DNA of 64,000 bases from Bacteroidota bacterium (lineage in GTDB: Bacteria; Bacteroidota; Bacteroidia; Chitinophagales; UBA10324). The translations under genes and the position numbers were made by a program. This document shows, one piece after another, positions 37,282 to 47,400 of the stretch. The stretch covers positions 123 to 64,122 of the forward strand of contig JAFDYS010000050.1 of assembly GCA_018267315.1 (NCBI GenBank), read 5' to 3'. Under the pieces are notes generated by a model that was not told the origin of the DNA, did no database searches, and saw only the letters and a list, made by a program, of their open reading frames with translations. Each line of letters starts with the position of its first letter. Position 1 is the stretch's first letter.

Positions 37282-39714
37282 ATGAAAATTTCATTCAATT
37301 GGCTGAAGGAATATCTTGATTTCAATCTGTCACCGGAAGAAACTGCTGATTTCCTCACCAACATCGGACTTGAGGTGGAGGGGGTTGAAAAATGGGAATC
37401 CATAAAAGGAAGTCTTGACGGGTTGGTGATCGGCCGTGTAATGGAAGTGAAAAAACATCCTGACGCCGATAAACTCAGTATCACCCGGGTGAATGTCGGC
37501 GGCGATGAAGACCTGCAGATTGTTTGCGGTGCACCCAATGTAGCCGAAGGTCAAAAGGTGATAGTGGCCGTTGACGGAACGGTACTTCATCCGTTTGAAG
37601 GAGAAACATTCAAAATCAGGAAAACAAAAATCCGCGGCGTTGAATCAAACGGCATGATCTGTTCCGAGGATGAAATCGGATTGAGTCATGATCATTCCGG
37701 CATCCGCATTTTGCCTGATGACGCTCCCGTTGGCAAAGCGGTGAATGAATACCTGCAGGTAAGCCATGATTTCATTTTCGAAATAGGTTTAACTCCCAAC
37801 CGCAGCGATGCCATGTCCCACCTTGGTGTGGCCAGAGATCTCGCCGCGCGGCTCCATGCCATAGGCGGTTCTGCAGCATCACTCAAAACGCCGGACACCA
37901 GCGCCTTCAGCATTGATGATCATTCGCTGAATATTTCTGTTTCGGTTGAGAATACCGGGGCCTGCCCGCGCTATTCGGCAATTACCATTACCGGAGTAAC
38001 GGTAACTGAATCGCCCGAGTGGTTGAAGCAAAAATTAAATGCCGTGGGCATGCGGCCGATCAACAATGTGGTTGACATCACCAATTTTGTAATGCTTGAA
38101 TGGGGACAGCCCCTCCATGCATTTGATGCTGATGAGGTAAAAGGAAATAAGGTAATTGTAAAGACGCTTGCCGGCGGAACGCTCTTCAAAACACTCGACA
38201 ACAAAGATGTAAAACTTGCCGCCGATGATCTGATGATATGCGATGCTGAAGAAGGCATGTGCATCGCCGGTGTTTATGGAGGAATTCATTCGGGCGTGAA
38301 AGAAAGCACGGAGAACATCTTCCTCGAAAGCGCCTGCTTCAGTCCGTCATTCATCAGAAGAACTTCCACGCGCCACCTGTTGAGAACCGATGCGGCCACC
38401 AGATTTGAAAAAGGCACGGATCCCGGCCAAACGGTGACTGTGCTCATGCGTGCCGCCCAATTGATCCGTGAAATATGCGGGGGAAAAATTTCTTCAGACA
38501 TTATTGATGTTTACCCCCATCCGGTGAAAGAAAAAGTGATTTCACTCACCTGGGAAAAACTGAACCGGGTTTCAGGAATTGAGTTTCCGAAAGAAACGGC
38601 TGCAAAGATTCTTGTAGCACTTCAATTCACCATCCTCGGGCAGGATGAAGAAAAGATCACCGTTTCTTCTCCCACCTTCAAAACGGATGTAACCATGGCT
38701 GAAGATGTGATGGAAGAAATTGTGCGCATCTACGGGATGGAAAAAATTCCCGTGCCCGATGCCGTTCGTTCTTCACTCAGTTACTCCGGCGGCGAGGAAC
38801 GGGAACGACTTCAGGAATCCGTATCGGTCATGCTTGCCGCGGCAGGATTTCATGAAATGATCAATAACTCAATCACCAATTCGGTTTATCATGAAACATG
38901 GTTTCCGGAAACGAAAGATGAAATCGTAAAGTTGCTGAGTTATTCCAATGCCGGACTCGATTCCATGAGAACCTCACTCCTTTTCCCGGCGCTTGAGGTG
39001 ATTCGTTACAATCACAACAGAAAAATCACCGACCTCCGGCTCTATGAATTCGGAAAGACCTACCGGAAAACCGGTGATGGATATGCCGAGTCGGATAAAA
39101 TGATCCTGCTGATCACCGGCAACAAGCGCACAGAATCGTGGCAGGCAAAGGAACAGGTGGCTGATTTTTATTTCCTGAAAGGCAACATGGAAAATATCCT
39201 GCGCCGCTGCGGCATGCCCGGTTTCACTACGGAAAAAATCAGGCATCCGTTGCTCGCTGACGGATTGCAGTATTTGATAGGTAAAAACCCGATCGGATTT
39301 GCGGGCCGCGTGAATCCAAAACTCGCCTCTTCCTTTGACATTAAAAGAGAGATCTTTTATGCGGAGCTGGAAATGGAAGCCATGGTGAAATTTTCAAAAC
39401 GCTCTATCGCATACAAAGAACCTCCGAAGTTTCCGGCCGTGCGCCGCGACCTGGCACTCATCCTCGATGAGAAAATCAGTTTCGGCGATATTGAATCACT
39501 CGCCTACCGGCAGGTGCGCGGATTGTTACAGGAGGTCAATCTCTTCGACGTGTATAAAGATGAGAAACTGGGAGCAGGCAAAAAATCGTATGCCGTTTCA
39601 TTCATCCTGCAGGATGAGCAGAAAACACTCACCGATAAGGAGGTGGATGATACAATGGCCAAGCTCATTCGTACCTTTGAAAAAGAGTTGGGCGCCGCCA
39701 TCCGCAGCAACTGA
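37282..39714 (+). CDS. pheT: Phenylalanine--tRNA ligase beta subunit
   Basis: MKISFNWLKEYL start, a tRNA-binding domain (HPDADKLSITRVNVG), B3/4 and B5 regions, and a C-terminal FDVY...KSYA motif. Confidence 0.95.
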   Translation: MKISFNWLKEYLDFNLSPEETADFLTNIGLEVEGVEKWESIKGSLDGLVIGRVMEVKKHPDADKLSITRVNVGGDEDLQIVCGAPNVAEGQKVIVAVDGTVLHPFEGETFKIRKTKIRGVESNGMICSEDEIGLSHDHSGIRILPDDAPVGKAVNEYLQVSHDFIFEIGLTPNRSDAMSHLGVARDLAARLHAIGGSAASLKTPDTSAFSIDDHSLNISVSVENTGACPRYSAITITGVTVTESPEWLKQKLNAVGMRPINNVVDITNFVMLEWGQPLHAFDADEVKGNKVIVKTLAGGTLFKTLDNKDVKLAADDLMICDAEEGMCIAGVYGGIHSGVKESTENIFLESACFSPSFIRRTSTRHLLRTDAATRFEKGTDPGQTVTVLMRAAQLIREICGGKISSDIIDVYPHPVKEKVISLTWEKLNRVSGIEFPKETAAKILVALQFTILGQDEEKITVSSPTFKTDVTMAEDVMEEIVRIYGMEKIPVPDAVRSSLSYSGGEERERLQESVSVMLAAAGFHEMINNSITNSVYHETWFPETKDEIVKLLSYSNAGLDSMRTSLLFPALEVIRYNHNRKITDLRLYEFGKTYRKTGDGYAESDKMILLITGNKRTESWQAKEQVADFYFLKGNMENILRRCGMPGFTTEKIRHPLLADGLQYLIGKNPIGFAGRVNPKLASSFDIKREIFYAELEMEAMVKFSKRSIAYKEPPKFPAVRRDLALILDEKISFGDIESLAYRQVRGLLQEVNLFDVYKDEKLGAGKKSYAVSFILQDEQKTLTDKEVDDTMAKLIRTFEKELGAAIRSN

Positions 39715-39738
39715 GTCGCACCTTTCCAAATCAACTTC

Positions 39739-40035
39739 ATGCAGGAACACATCAAACGGACCGAAGAACTGATCAGCAAGATTCGCCGGCTGATTGAGAA
39801 GCATGAAAAACTGAAACAATCTTTCGCTGAAGCCCAACAGGAAATTGAATCGCTGAAGAAAATAATTTCCGGGAAAGTGGAGCAGTTGGAAAAACTTGAA
39901 CGTGATGCGAATGCTTTACGGCTGGGGCAATTCATTTCATTGTCAGATGCAGAAAAGAAAGAAGTGCGGCAGAAGATCAATGACTACCTGAAAGAAATAG
40001 ACCGCATCATTGACAAGATCAGCGGCGAGGGTTGA
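39739..40035 (+). CDS. Coiled-coil protein (possible ZapB-like division factor)
   Basis: 98 aa, heptad-rich (LIEKHEKLKQSFAEAQQEIESLKKIISGKVEQLEKLERD), immediately upstream of zapA. Confidence 0.5.
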   Translation: MQEHIKRTEELISKIRRLIEKHEKLKQSFAEAQQEIESLKKIISGKVEQLEKLERDANALRLGQFISLSDAEKKEVRQKINDYLKEIDRIIDKISGEG

Positions 40036-40054
40036 GCAACAAACAATATGGAAT

Positions 40055-40348
40055 ATGGATGAACTCATCAGCATTAACATCACCATCGGCGAACGCCAGT
40101 ATCCCCTGAAGATCCGAAAGGCGGAAGAGGATATTGTGAGACATGCGGAACATCTGATCAATGAAAAGTTCAACGACTTCCAGCTCCGTTTTACAGGACA
40201 GGAAAAAATTGATTATCTCGCCATGAGCGCACTGATGAACCTGATTGATCAGCTCAGGAACCAATCGGGCACTATGCAGGAAGCGGAACTGCTTCAAAAG
40301 AAATTCGCCGAAGCCGAAGCGTTGCTTACCGAAGCGATGAAAAAATAG
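40055..40348 (+). CDS. zapA: Cell division protein ZapA
   Basis: I chose the internal ATG. INITIGERQYPLKIRKAEEDIVRHAEHLINEKF matches the ZapA family pattern. Confidence 0.7.
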   Translation: MDELISINITIGERQYPLKIRKAEEDIVRHAEHLINEKFNDFQLRFTGQEKIDYLAMSALMNLIDQLRNQSGTMQEAELLQKKFAEAEALLTEAMKK

Positions 40349-40422
40349 TGCAGCCCTTCCGTGGAACTGTTTCCCCCGCTAATAAGTTTACCACTTCATT
40401 CATCCGTCATCTGTTTTTTGCT

Positions 40423-40731
40423 ATGAAGGAATCACTTCAACCCTTACCGCTGCATGATCATACTGACATGCGCCGCTTCGAATTGGAGGTTGACGGGCAT
40501 ATCGCCTTTACGGAATATGAACGGACCGGCAAACGGATTTTTCTGGTTCACACCGAAGTACCGAAGGAACTGGAAGGCCAAGGTGTGGGCGCTGCCCTGG
40601 TGGAAAAGGAGTTTCAGTTTATCGAAGCCCATGGATGGAAACTCATCCCTTACTGCCCCTATGTAAAAACTTACCTGCTACGCCATCCTGAATGGAACCG
40701 CATTCTCGATCATGGCATCCGCATTAAATAA
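40423..40731 (+). CDS. Small GNAT-family N-acetyltransferase (YjdJ-like)
   Basis: I chose the internal ATG. FELEVDGHIAFTEYERTGKRIFLVHTEVPKELEGQGVGAALV...PYCPYV is typical of the ~100-aa GNAT_acetyltran family. Confidence 0.7.
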   Translation: MKESLQPLPLHDHTDMRRFELEVDGHIAFTEYERTGKRIFLVHTEVPKELEGQGVGAALVEKEFQFIEAHGWKLIPYCPYVKTYLLRHPEWNRILDHGIRIK

Positions 40732-40762
40732 AAAAACCTGCCGGCTGATGCGGCAGGGTTTA
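40730..40762. terminator. Terminator hairpin between convergent genes (strong on the minus strand)
   Basis: CCTGCCG (40737-40743) / CGGCAGG (40751-40757). On the minus strand T7 follows. On the plus strand only GTTT follows. Confidence 0.8.
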
Positions 40763-40783
40763 CCTCTTGTGAGTTTTATGTGA

Positions 40784-43700
40784 CTATCTCTCAGCCAGCG
40801 CCGCCGATTGATAAACTGTGCGCAGCTGATTTTTTGAATCCGTGATCATCACCTTATCCGTGAGTGATGGAATCACCGCAATCATCTTTGAGTTCTGCGA
40901 CATATATCCGTCACCGATATTCAGATCATACCGGATCCTGCGTCCATCTTTGAGGAAGACATCTGCGGTACGGTCAGTTTGCTCATAGGGAATTTTTTCC
41001 GAAGGCACGCCGGTGAGCTGGTAAGCAAACATGGCATTGTTGTTATTCGTGCCGAGTACCACGGGCATCTGATTCTTTCCCACATAAATTACGGCCAGTG
41101 CCTTCGCATCCTTGTCAGATAAAAATCCGCTTTGCTTGCTCGGCAAATAAGCAAAGTTGCCATGACCATCTCCGAGCATCACCTCGCCAATGAATGCATC
41201 ATTGCGCTCTGTTTCTGATTCCTTGCTATAAAAGTTTCCGTGATAGACGAGATCGAGATTACCGTCGCCGTTCACATCATAAACCAGGATGCCGAACATG
41301 CTCGATACCTGCGCCCGCAGCGGCAAGGCCTTAATCGCAAACTTTCCGTTGCCCTGATTTTCGATGTATGAACTGGCCAGTGTTTTAGCTGAGAGGTGAT
41401 ACGCTTTGTCAAGTCCTTTCGGACCATAAATTTCCTGCGTGGTTGACAGGGCGAAACCTGAATAGGTTTTGAATTCCTTGGTGAGAATCGGCATTTCTTC
41501 CGCGCTGTATTGAAGATTCTTCACCGGATATAACTTACCGCCGTTGTAAAATGAAAGCACCACATCTGTGGTTCCGTTATTGTCAAAATCTTTGGCGAAT
41601 AACTCAACGGGCTCCTTATCATTGGGGCAATAGAAACGTGTATTGAGTCCTTCATTGCCGGCCACATAATCAATATCCCCATCGTTATCGAAATCACCGC
41701 TCACAATACTGTTCCACCACCCGGTGGTGTTTTCAAATCCGTATTGTTTCGTCACGTCTTCAAACTTGCCACCGCTGTTTTTCATGAAGGTGATGGGCAT
41801 CCATTCACCGGCGAGCAGCAAATCGAGTTTGCCGTCATTATCAAAATCAGTCCACAGCGCTGAGCAAACCAGTCCGGCCTTATCGAGTGCGGGTGCAACC
41901 TGCGAAGTGACATCGGTAAACTTGCCGCCGTTATTCTGGAGAATGAAGCTGCGGGTGGGTGTCGGATAGCTTTGGGGTTCAATGCGGCCTCCGATGAAGA
42001 GATCAAGATCCCCGTCACCATCATAATCACCCGCCACCACACAGGAGCCGCTGCTGTAACTATCGGGGATGTTTGTTGATGCATCACTGAAATTTCCCTT
42101 GCCATCGTTGATATAGAAATGATCCCGGTAGTTCTTGTCATTATGCTGAAATTCATTTCCACCGGATACCACATATAAATCAGGATCCTTATCACCATCC
42201 GCATCAAAGAGCAACGCACCAAGGCAATCGGCCTGGTTGTTTTTCTCCCAGGGCTGCCCGGTGGTTGATTTGAATTCACCGGAAGCGGTTTGAATGTAAA
42301 GCACCCCGTTCTGCCGCGAAGCGCCGCCTACGAAGAAATCATCGAGCCCGTCGCCATTTACATCGCCCACGGCCAGCCCGGGCCCGAAGTAGCTGTTCTT
42401 TTCAGGTAGCAGCAGTTCTCGTTTGAAGTCGTCATACTGGTTCTCGCGATGGACGAAATCAATCTTAAGCTTGTCTGTCACGTTGACGAATAATGGCTTC
42501 GGTTTTTCTTCCGCCGCTGATTTTGTATGGGCATCACTGTGCTTCAGAATATAATTATGATCAGCTTGGAGATTTTCCAGCACCTGTGTTTTGCCATCGA
42601 GCCAGGTGACCACCGCCTTGTCCACTGCTGCGGCATCACCCAGTCCGAAGTGAATAAAGTTTTCTGAAGTGGATTGGTACCCGCGCACGATATGATGCGT
42701 TTGATACTGCATTCCGTTTTTAGTGTAGATGCGAATCTCCGACCCGATGCCCTTGTCATTCTGCTGCGGGCCCTGCAGGGTGAATGAGATGAAATGGTTG
42801 CCGTTCATCTGCCGGGCATTGTTGCGGTAAATGAATGGTGATTCTTCGGTGTTGGATGCAACGATGTCGAGATCGCCATCGTTATCAAAATCGGCAAATG
42901 CCGCACCATGAGTGATGGTTGGCTGAAAGAAGCCCCACTCTTCGGTAACCCGCTTAAAGGTGAGGTCGCCGTTATTCTTAAACATCACGTTTGGGTCTTT
43001 CAGCTTCTTCTTATTGATGATGCCGGCAATCTTGTTAAACATCACGCTGTCACCGCGGCGGGTGGCATCGCGCAGCCCCTGCACCAGTTCCCGTTCATCA
43101 ATATTGAAGGTTTTATAGTACCCGTTGGAAACAAAAATGTCCTGGTAGCCATCGTTATCAAAGTCAACCATCAGCGGCGACCACGACCATTCTGAAGCAT
43201 CCACGCCGGCGAGACAACCGATTTCCGAGAACGTGCCGTTGCCGTTATTCAGTTGAAGCATGTTGCGGACATACTGATAGTGGTATCCGCTGGAGACCAT
43301 GTTGTTGAATTCAGAGCGTCGCTGCGCCAGCATGAACGAGCGGCGCATGTATGACTTATCGAACTTCATGTCCACCACCATCAGGTCAGGCAAGCCGTCG
43401 TTGTTTACATCACCCACATCAGCGCCCATGCCGAACAGGGAAGTTTTCTTCAGCACATCGCGGGTCACTTCCTTGAATGTGCCGTTACCCTGGTTCAGGA
43501 AGAAATAGTCGTACATGGCAAAATCATTGGCCACATACAAATCCGGCCAGCCGTCATCATTGAAATCGGCAACCGTACAACTTAAGCTGTAGCCGTGTGT
43601 GTTGATGCCGGCCTGCTTCGATACATCGGTGAACTTGCCATTGTCATTGCGGTAGAGCTTGTCACTTTGATTGGTTCCCTGCTCAATTTTCTCCAGGTTG

Positions 43701-44392
43701 TTGAACCGAAGTTTTTCCACCCAGTCCGTCGGGTGATTGGCGAGAAACAAATCCAGGTCGCCGTCTTTGTCATAGTCAAAGAAGTTAGCCATGATGTGAT
43801 AAGAACCCGCAGCATCAATGCCGTATTCCTTGGCCCGCTCCGTGAATGTGCCGTTGCCGTTGTTTACATAGAGCAGGTTGCTGAGTGAATCTTTCCAGCG
43901 TGAACGGCACACATAAATATCATCGTACCCGTCGCCATTGATGTCAACAATGGAAACTCCGGTGCTCCAGCCCTTATTCTTCTGCAGGATGCCGGCTTCA
44001 GCACTTACGTCACGGAATTTCAGATTCCCTTCGTTGATGAAGAGTTTGTCAGGAACAATATTTCCTGTGAAGTACAGGTCGGGCAGCGAGTCGCCGTTGG
44101 CATTCAGCACGGCAACGCCGGCACCGTTGTAAAAATAGTTGTACTGGTTATTGTCATTGCGCATCCGGAAACCCACATCATTTGAAAATCGGAGTCCGGT
44201 GGATTTGTCACTGAGTATGTCGAACATTTTGCCGCTCGGTTTGTCAAGCGGATCGAATTTGGTGGAATCGTACGTGGGAAAATCAACTACGGTGAGAGCG
44301 GCATTCTTGTAATTGCCGCTGCACGACCACAGCAACTGACTTCCGACTATTGCTACGAGAATAAAGGCCGGTGATATGATTCTTCTCTTCAT
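40784..44392 (-). CDS. CRTAC1-like lipoprotein: two FG-GAP/VCBS propeller regions with UnbV/ASPIC-type domains
   Basis: I chose the internal Met (MKRRIISPAFILVAIVGSQLLWSC). There are many DxDxDG loops (DINGDGYDD, DYDKDGDLD, DFDNDGDLD). UnbV/ASPIC-like block GIGSEIRIYTKNGMQYQTHHIVRGYQSTSENFIHFGLG...VTWLDGKTQ at mid-protein, and a second similar block near the C-terminus (NIGDGYMSQNS). Confidence 0.8.
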   Translation of the reverse strand: MKRRIISPAFILVAIVGSQLLWSCSGNYKNAALTVVDFPTYDSTKFDPLDKPSGKMFDILSDKSTGLRFSNDVGFRMRNDNNQYNYFYNGAGVAVLNANGDSLPDLYFTGNIVPDKLFINEGNLKFRDVSAEAGILQKNKGWSTGVSIVDINGDGYDDIYVCRSRWKDSLSNLLYVNNGNGTFTERAKEYGIDAAGSYHIMANFFDYDKDGDLDLFLANHPTDWVEKLRFNNLEKIEQGTNQSDKLYRNDNGKFTDVSKQAGINTHGYSLSCTVADFNDDGWPDLYVANDFAMYDYFFLNQGNGTFKEVTRDVLKKTSLFGMGADVGDVNNDGLPDLMVVDMKFDKSYMRRSFMLAQRRSEFNNMVSSGYHYQYVRNMLQLNNGNGTFSEIGCLAGVDASEWSWSPLMVDFDNDGYQDIFVSNGYYKTFNIDERELVQGLRDATRRGDSVMFNKIAGIINKKKLKDPNVMFKNNGDLTFKRVTEEWGFFQPTITHGAAFADFDNDGDLDIVASNTEESPFIYRNNARQMNGNHFISFTLQGPQQNDKGIGSEIRIYTKNGMQYQTHHIVRGYQSTSENFIHFGLGDAAAVDKAVVTWLDGKTQVLENLQADHNYILKHSDAHTKSAAEEKPKPLFVNVTDKLKIDFVHRENQYDDFKRELLLPEKNSYFGPGLAVGDVNGDGLDDFFVGGASRQNGVLYIQTASGEFKSTTGQPWEKNNQADCLGALLFDADGDKDPDLYVVSGGNEFQHNDKNYRDHFYINDGKGNFSDASTNIPDSYSSGSCVVAGDYDGDGDLDLFIGGRIEPQSYPTPTRSFILQNNGGKFTDVTSQVAPALDKAGLVCSALWTDFDNDGKLDLLLAGEWMPITFMKNSGGKFEDVTKQYGFENTTGWWNSIVSGDFDNDGDIDYVAGNEGLNTRFYCPNDKEPVELFAKDFDNNGTTDVVLSFYNGGKLYPVKNLQYSAEEMPILTKEFKTYSGFALSTTQEIYGPKGLDKAYHLSAKTLASSYIENQGNGKFAIKALPLRAQVSSMFGILVYDVNGDGNLDLVYHGNFYSKESETERNDAFIGEVMLGDGHGNFAYLPSKQSGFLSDKDAKALAVIYVGKNQMPVVLGTNNNNAMFAYQLTGVPSEKIPYEQTDRTADVFLKDGRRIRYDLNIGDGYMSQNSKMIAVIPSLTDKVMITDSKNQLRTVYQSAALAER

Positions 44393-44420
44393 TACAAATC
44401 TTCTGTTTGAACTGATCCTG

Positions 44421-47400
44421 TTATTTTGAAGCGAGGGCACTGTTTTCAAATGCCACGCGCTGCTGATTTTTGTCGTCGGTTACCACAATCTTTTCTACCA
44501 ACTCGGGCACAAAGGAAATGGTAAGCGATCCCTGCGAAAGGTATCCCGAACCCACATTCACTTCCTGCCGCTCCGTACGTCCGTCGCGGTAATAAATAAG
44601 AGCGAAGCGATCATGCTGCGTGAGTGTGAGCTTATGCTGCGTATTCTTTATCATTTCAAAAGCGAACATCGAATCATTGTTGTTCGTACCCAGAATGACG
44701 GGATGCTCTTCCTTACCAAGGTGAATTAAGGCCAGCGCCTTGGCATCCTTATGACTGAAGAACCCGCTCTCCTCAGCCGTGAGCGGCCTGAAGTTTCCTT
44801 TACCGTCGCCCAGCATGGTGATGCCGATGCAGGCATCCTGCTTCTCCGTTTCAGTTTCGGTGGAATAGAAATTACCATGCGCAACGATGTCAAGATTCCC
44901 GTCTCCGTTCACATCAGTAGCCAGCATGCCGTAGATGCAGGAGAACTGCGCTTTCATCGGTAATTCGGACGGCGTGAAGGTGCCATCGCCATTGTTGCGG
45001 AAATAAGTTGATGCCAGCGTTTTGGCTGTCAGGTGCATGGCTTTGGTAAGGGCTTCTTTCCCGAAAATTTCATTGGTGGTGGCCAATGCAAACTGTTTGT
45101 AGAGCGGAAACTTCTCGGCAATGGAAGGAATTTCTTCCGCCATCGTGAGCCGGGTTTTTACCGGATACGGTTTGCCGAAGTTGTAAACCGACATCAGCAA
45201 ATCCATCGTTCCGTTTTTGTCAAAGTCATCGCAATACAATTCAACGGGCTGATCTTTGGTGGGCTGATAGTAGCGGGAATTGAGGCCTTCATTTCCGGCC
45301 ACGTAATCCATGTCTCCGTCATTATCAAAGTCGCCGGCGATAATGCTGTTCCACCATCCGGTAGTTTCAGCAAGCCCGGCCTCTGATGTCACTTCCACCA
45401 GTTTGCCGCCTGTGTTTTTGAAAATTCTGAGCGGCGACCATTCACCGGCAATCATGAGATCCATCTTGCCGTCATTGTTATAATCCGTCCAGATGGATGA
45501 GCAGGTTAATCCGCCACTGACCAGATCGGGCGCCACTTCTTTAGTGACATCAACGAACTTGCCCTTGTCATTGCGAAGGATGGCTGAAAGGGCGGGCATC
45601 GGATAATTGGCCGGCACCACCCTGCCTCCCACGAATAAATCGAGATCGCCATCGCCATCGAAATCGCCGGCCGTTACACAGGAACCGCTGGAGCGTTCGT
45701 CAGGCAGCGCGTCGGATGCTTTAGTGAAATTACCCTTGCCATCATTGAGGTACAGGTAATCAACAAGCAACGGATCATCTTTCTTGAACTCATTTCCACC
45801 TGAAACAGAATACAGGTCAAGGTCGCCGTCCTGATCCGCATCGAAGAAGAGTACGCCGAGTATTTCGGAGTTGTCATCTTTCTGCCATGCCTGGTTCTGT
45901 GCTTTCACAAATTTTTTATCAGTTGTTTGCAGGTACAAAGCGCCGGAGCTGCGGGTGGCGCCGCTCACAAAGAAATCTTCGAGCCCGTCGCCATTCACAT
46001 CGGCCACCGCGAGGCCCGGGCCGTAACGGCTGAGTTTATGAGGAAGCAGAATTTCCTTCTTGAAGTCTTCGTATTCATTTTCGACATGGACGTAGTCAAC
46101 ACCAAGTTTTTTGGTAGCGTCAGTGAAGAGGGGTTCGGCATCCTGCTTCCATTTGAATTTGGCATTGGTGGCATTCTTATGCTCGAGAGTGATCACCTGA
46201 TTGGGCTTAACATTCGTGAGTTCCTGCGATTTACCATCCAGCCATTCAATGGCTACGCGATATAGTGTGTCATCCTTCGCCAATCCGAAGTGAACCAGGT
46301 TCTGCGAAGTGGATTGATATCCGCGCACGATGTGATGCTGCACCATCTGCATTCCGCTCTTTGACCAGATGTAAACCTTGGCTCCTATCCCTTCCAGGTT
46401 ATTCTCATAACCCTTCAGTTTGAATTCAACCCAGTTGTTGCCCACCACGCTGTTTTCATTATTGCGATAGACGAGTGCGCTGATTTCGTGATTGCTCACT
46501 ACGATGTCCATATCGCCGTCATGATCCAGATCAGCGAGCGCCGCACCGTAGGAAATGGTGGGATAGTTTATGCCCCAGTTCTCCATTTCACGGGTGAATT
46601 GATAATTGCCGTTGTTTTTGAATGCATAATTCACGGCCTTGAGTTTCTTTTTACTCACCATCTTATACAGCTTGTTGTAAGCAGCGCTGTCGCCGCGGCG
46701 TGTGGCATCGCGCATGGCCTGGTACAATTCGCGCTCATCCACATTGAGCCAGCGATAATATCCGTTAGGGATGAAAATATCTTTCATGCCATCATTATCG
46801 AAGTCGCAGAACATGGGACCCCATGACCAGTCGGTGGCATCCACCTGGGCCAGGTTGGCGATTTCAGAAAAAGTGTTGTTACCGTTATTGATCTGCAGCG
46901 TGTTTTTCACATACTGATAGTGATAGCCGCTCGTGATCATGTTGTTGAATTCATTGCGGCGCAAACCAAGAGCAAAAGAGCGGCGCAGGTAGGAATGATC
47001 GAACCGCATGTCCGCCGTTACGATATCCTGGTACCCGTCATTGTCCACGTCAGCAATGTCAACACCCATGGAGAACATAGATGTTTTGCCGAGGTAGTCG
47101 GCAGACATTTCTTTGAACGTGCCGTTCTTCTGGTTGATGTAGAGGTAGTCGTACATCGCGAAATCATTACAGCCGTACACGTCGAGGTAGCCGTCATTAT
47201 TCACGTCGGCAGCACACACAGCCAACCCGTAGCCGTGATTATTGATACCGGCTTTCTTGGAGATATCAACGAAGTGCCCGTTGTCATTCCGGTAAAAGCG
47301 ATCGCTCTGATTGGTTCCCTTCTCCACTTTCTCGAGATTGTTGAAGCGCATGCGCTCCACGTAATCCGTCGGGTGGTTCTTCACATAAAGATCCATGTCG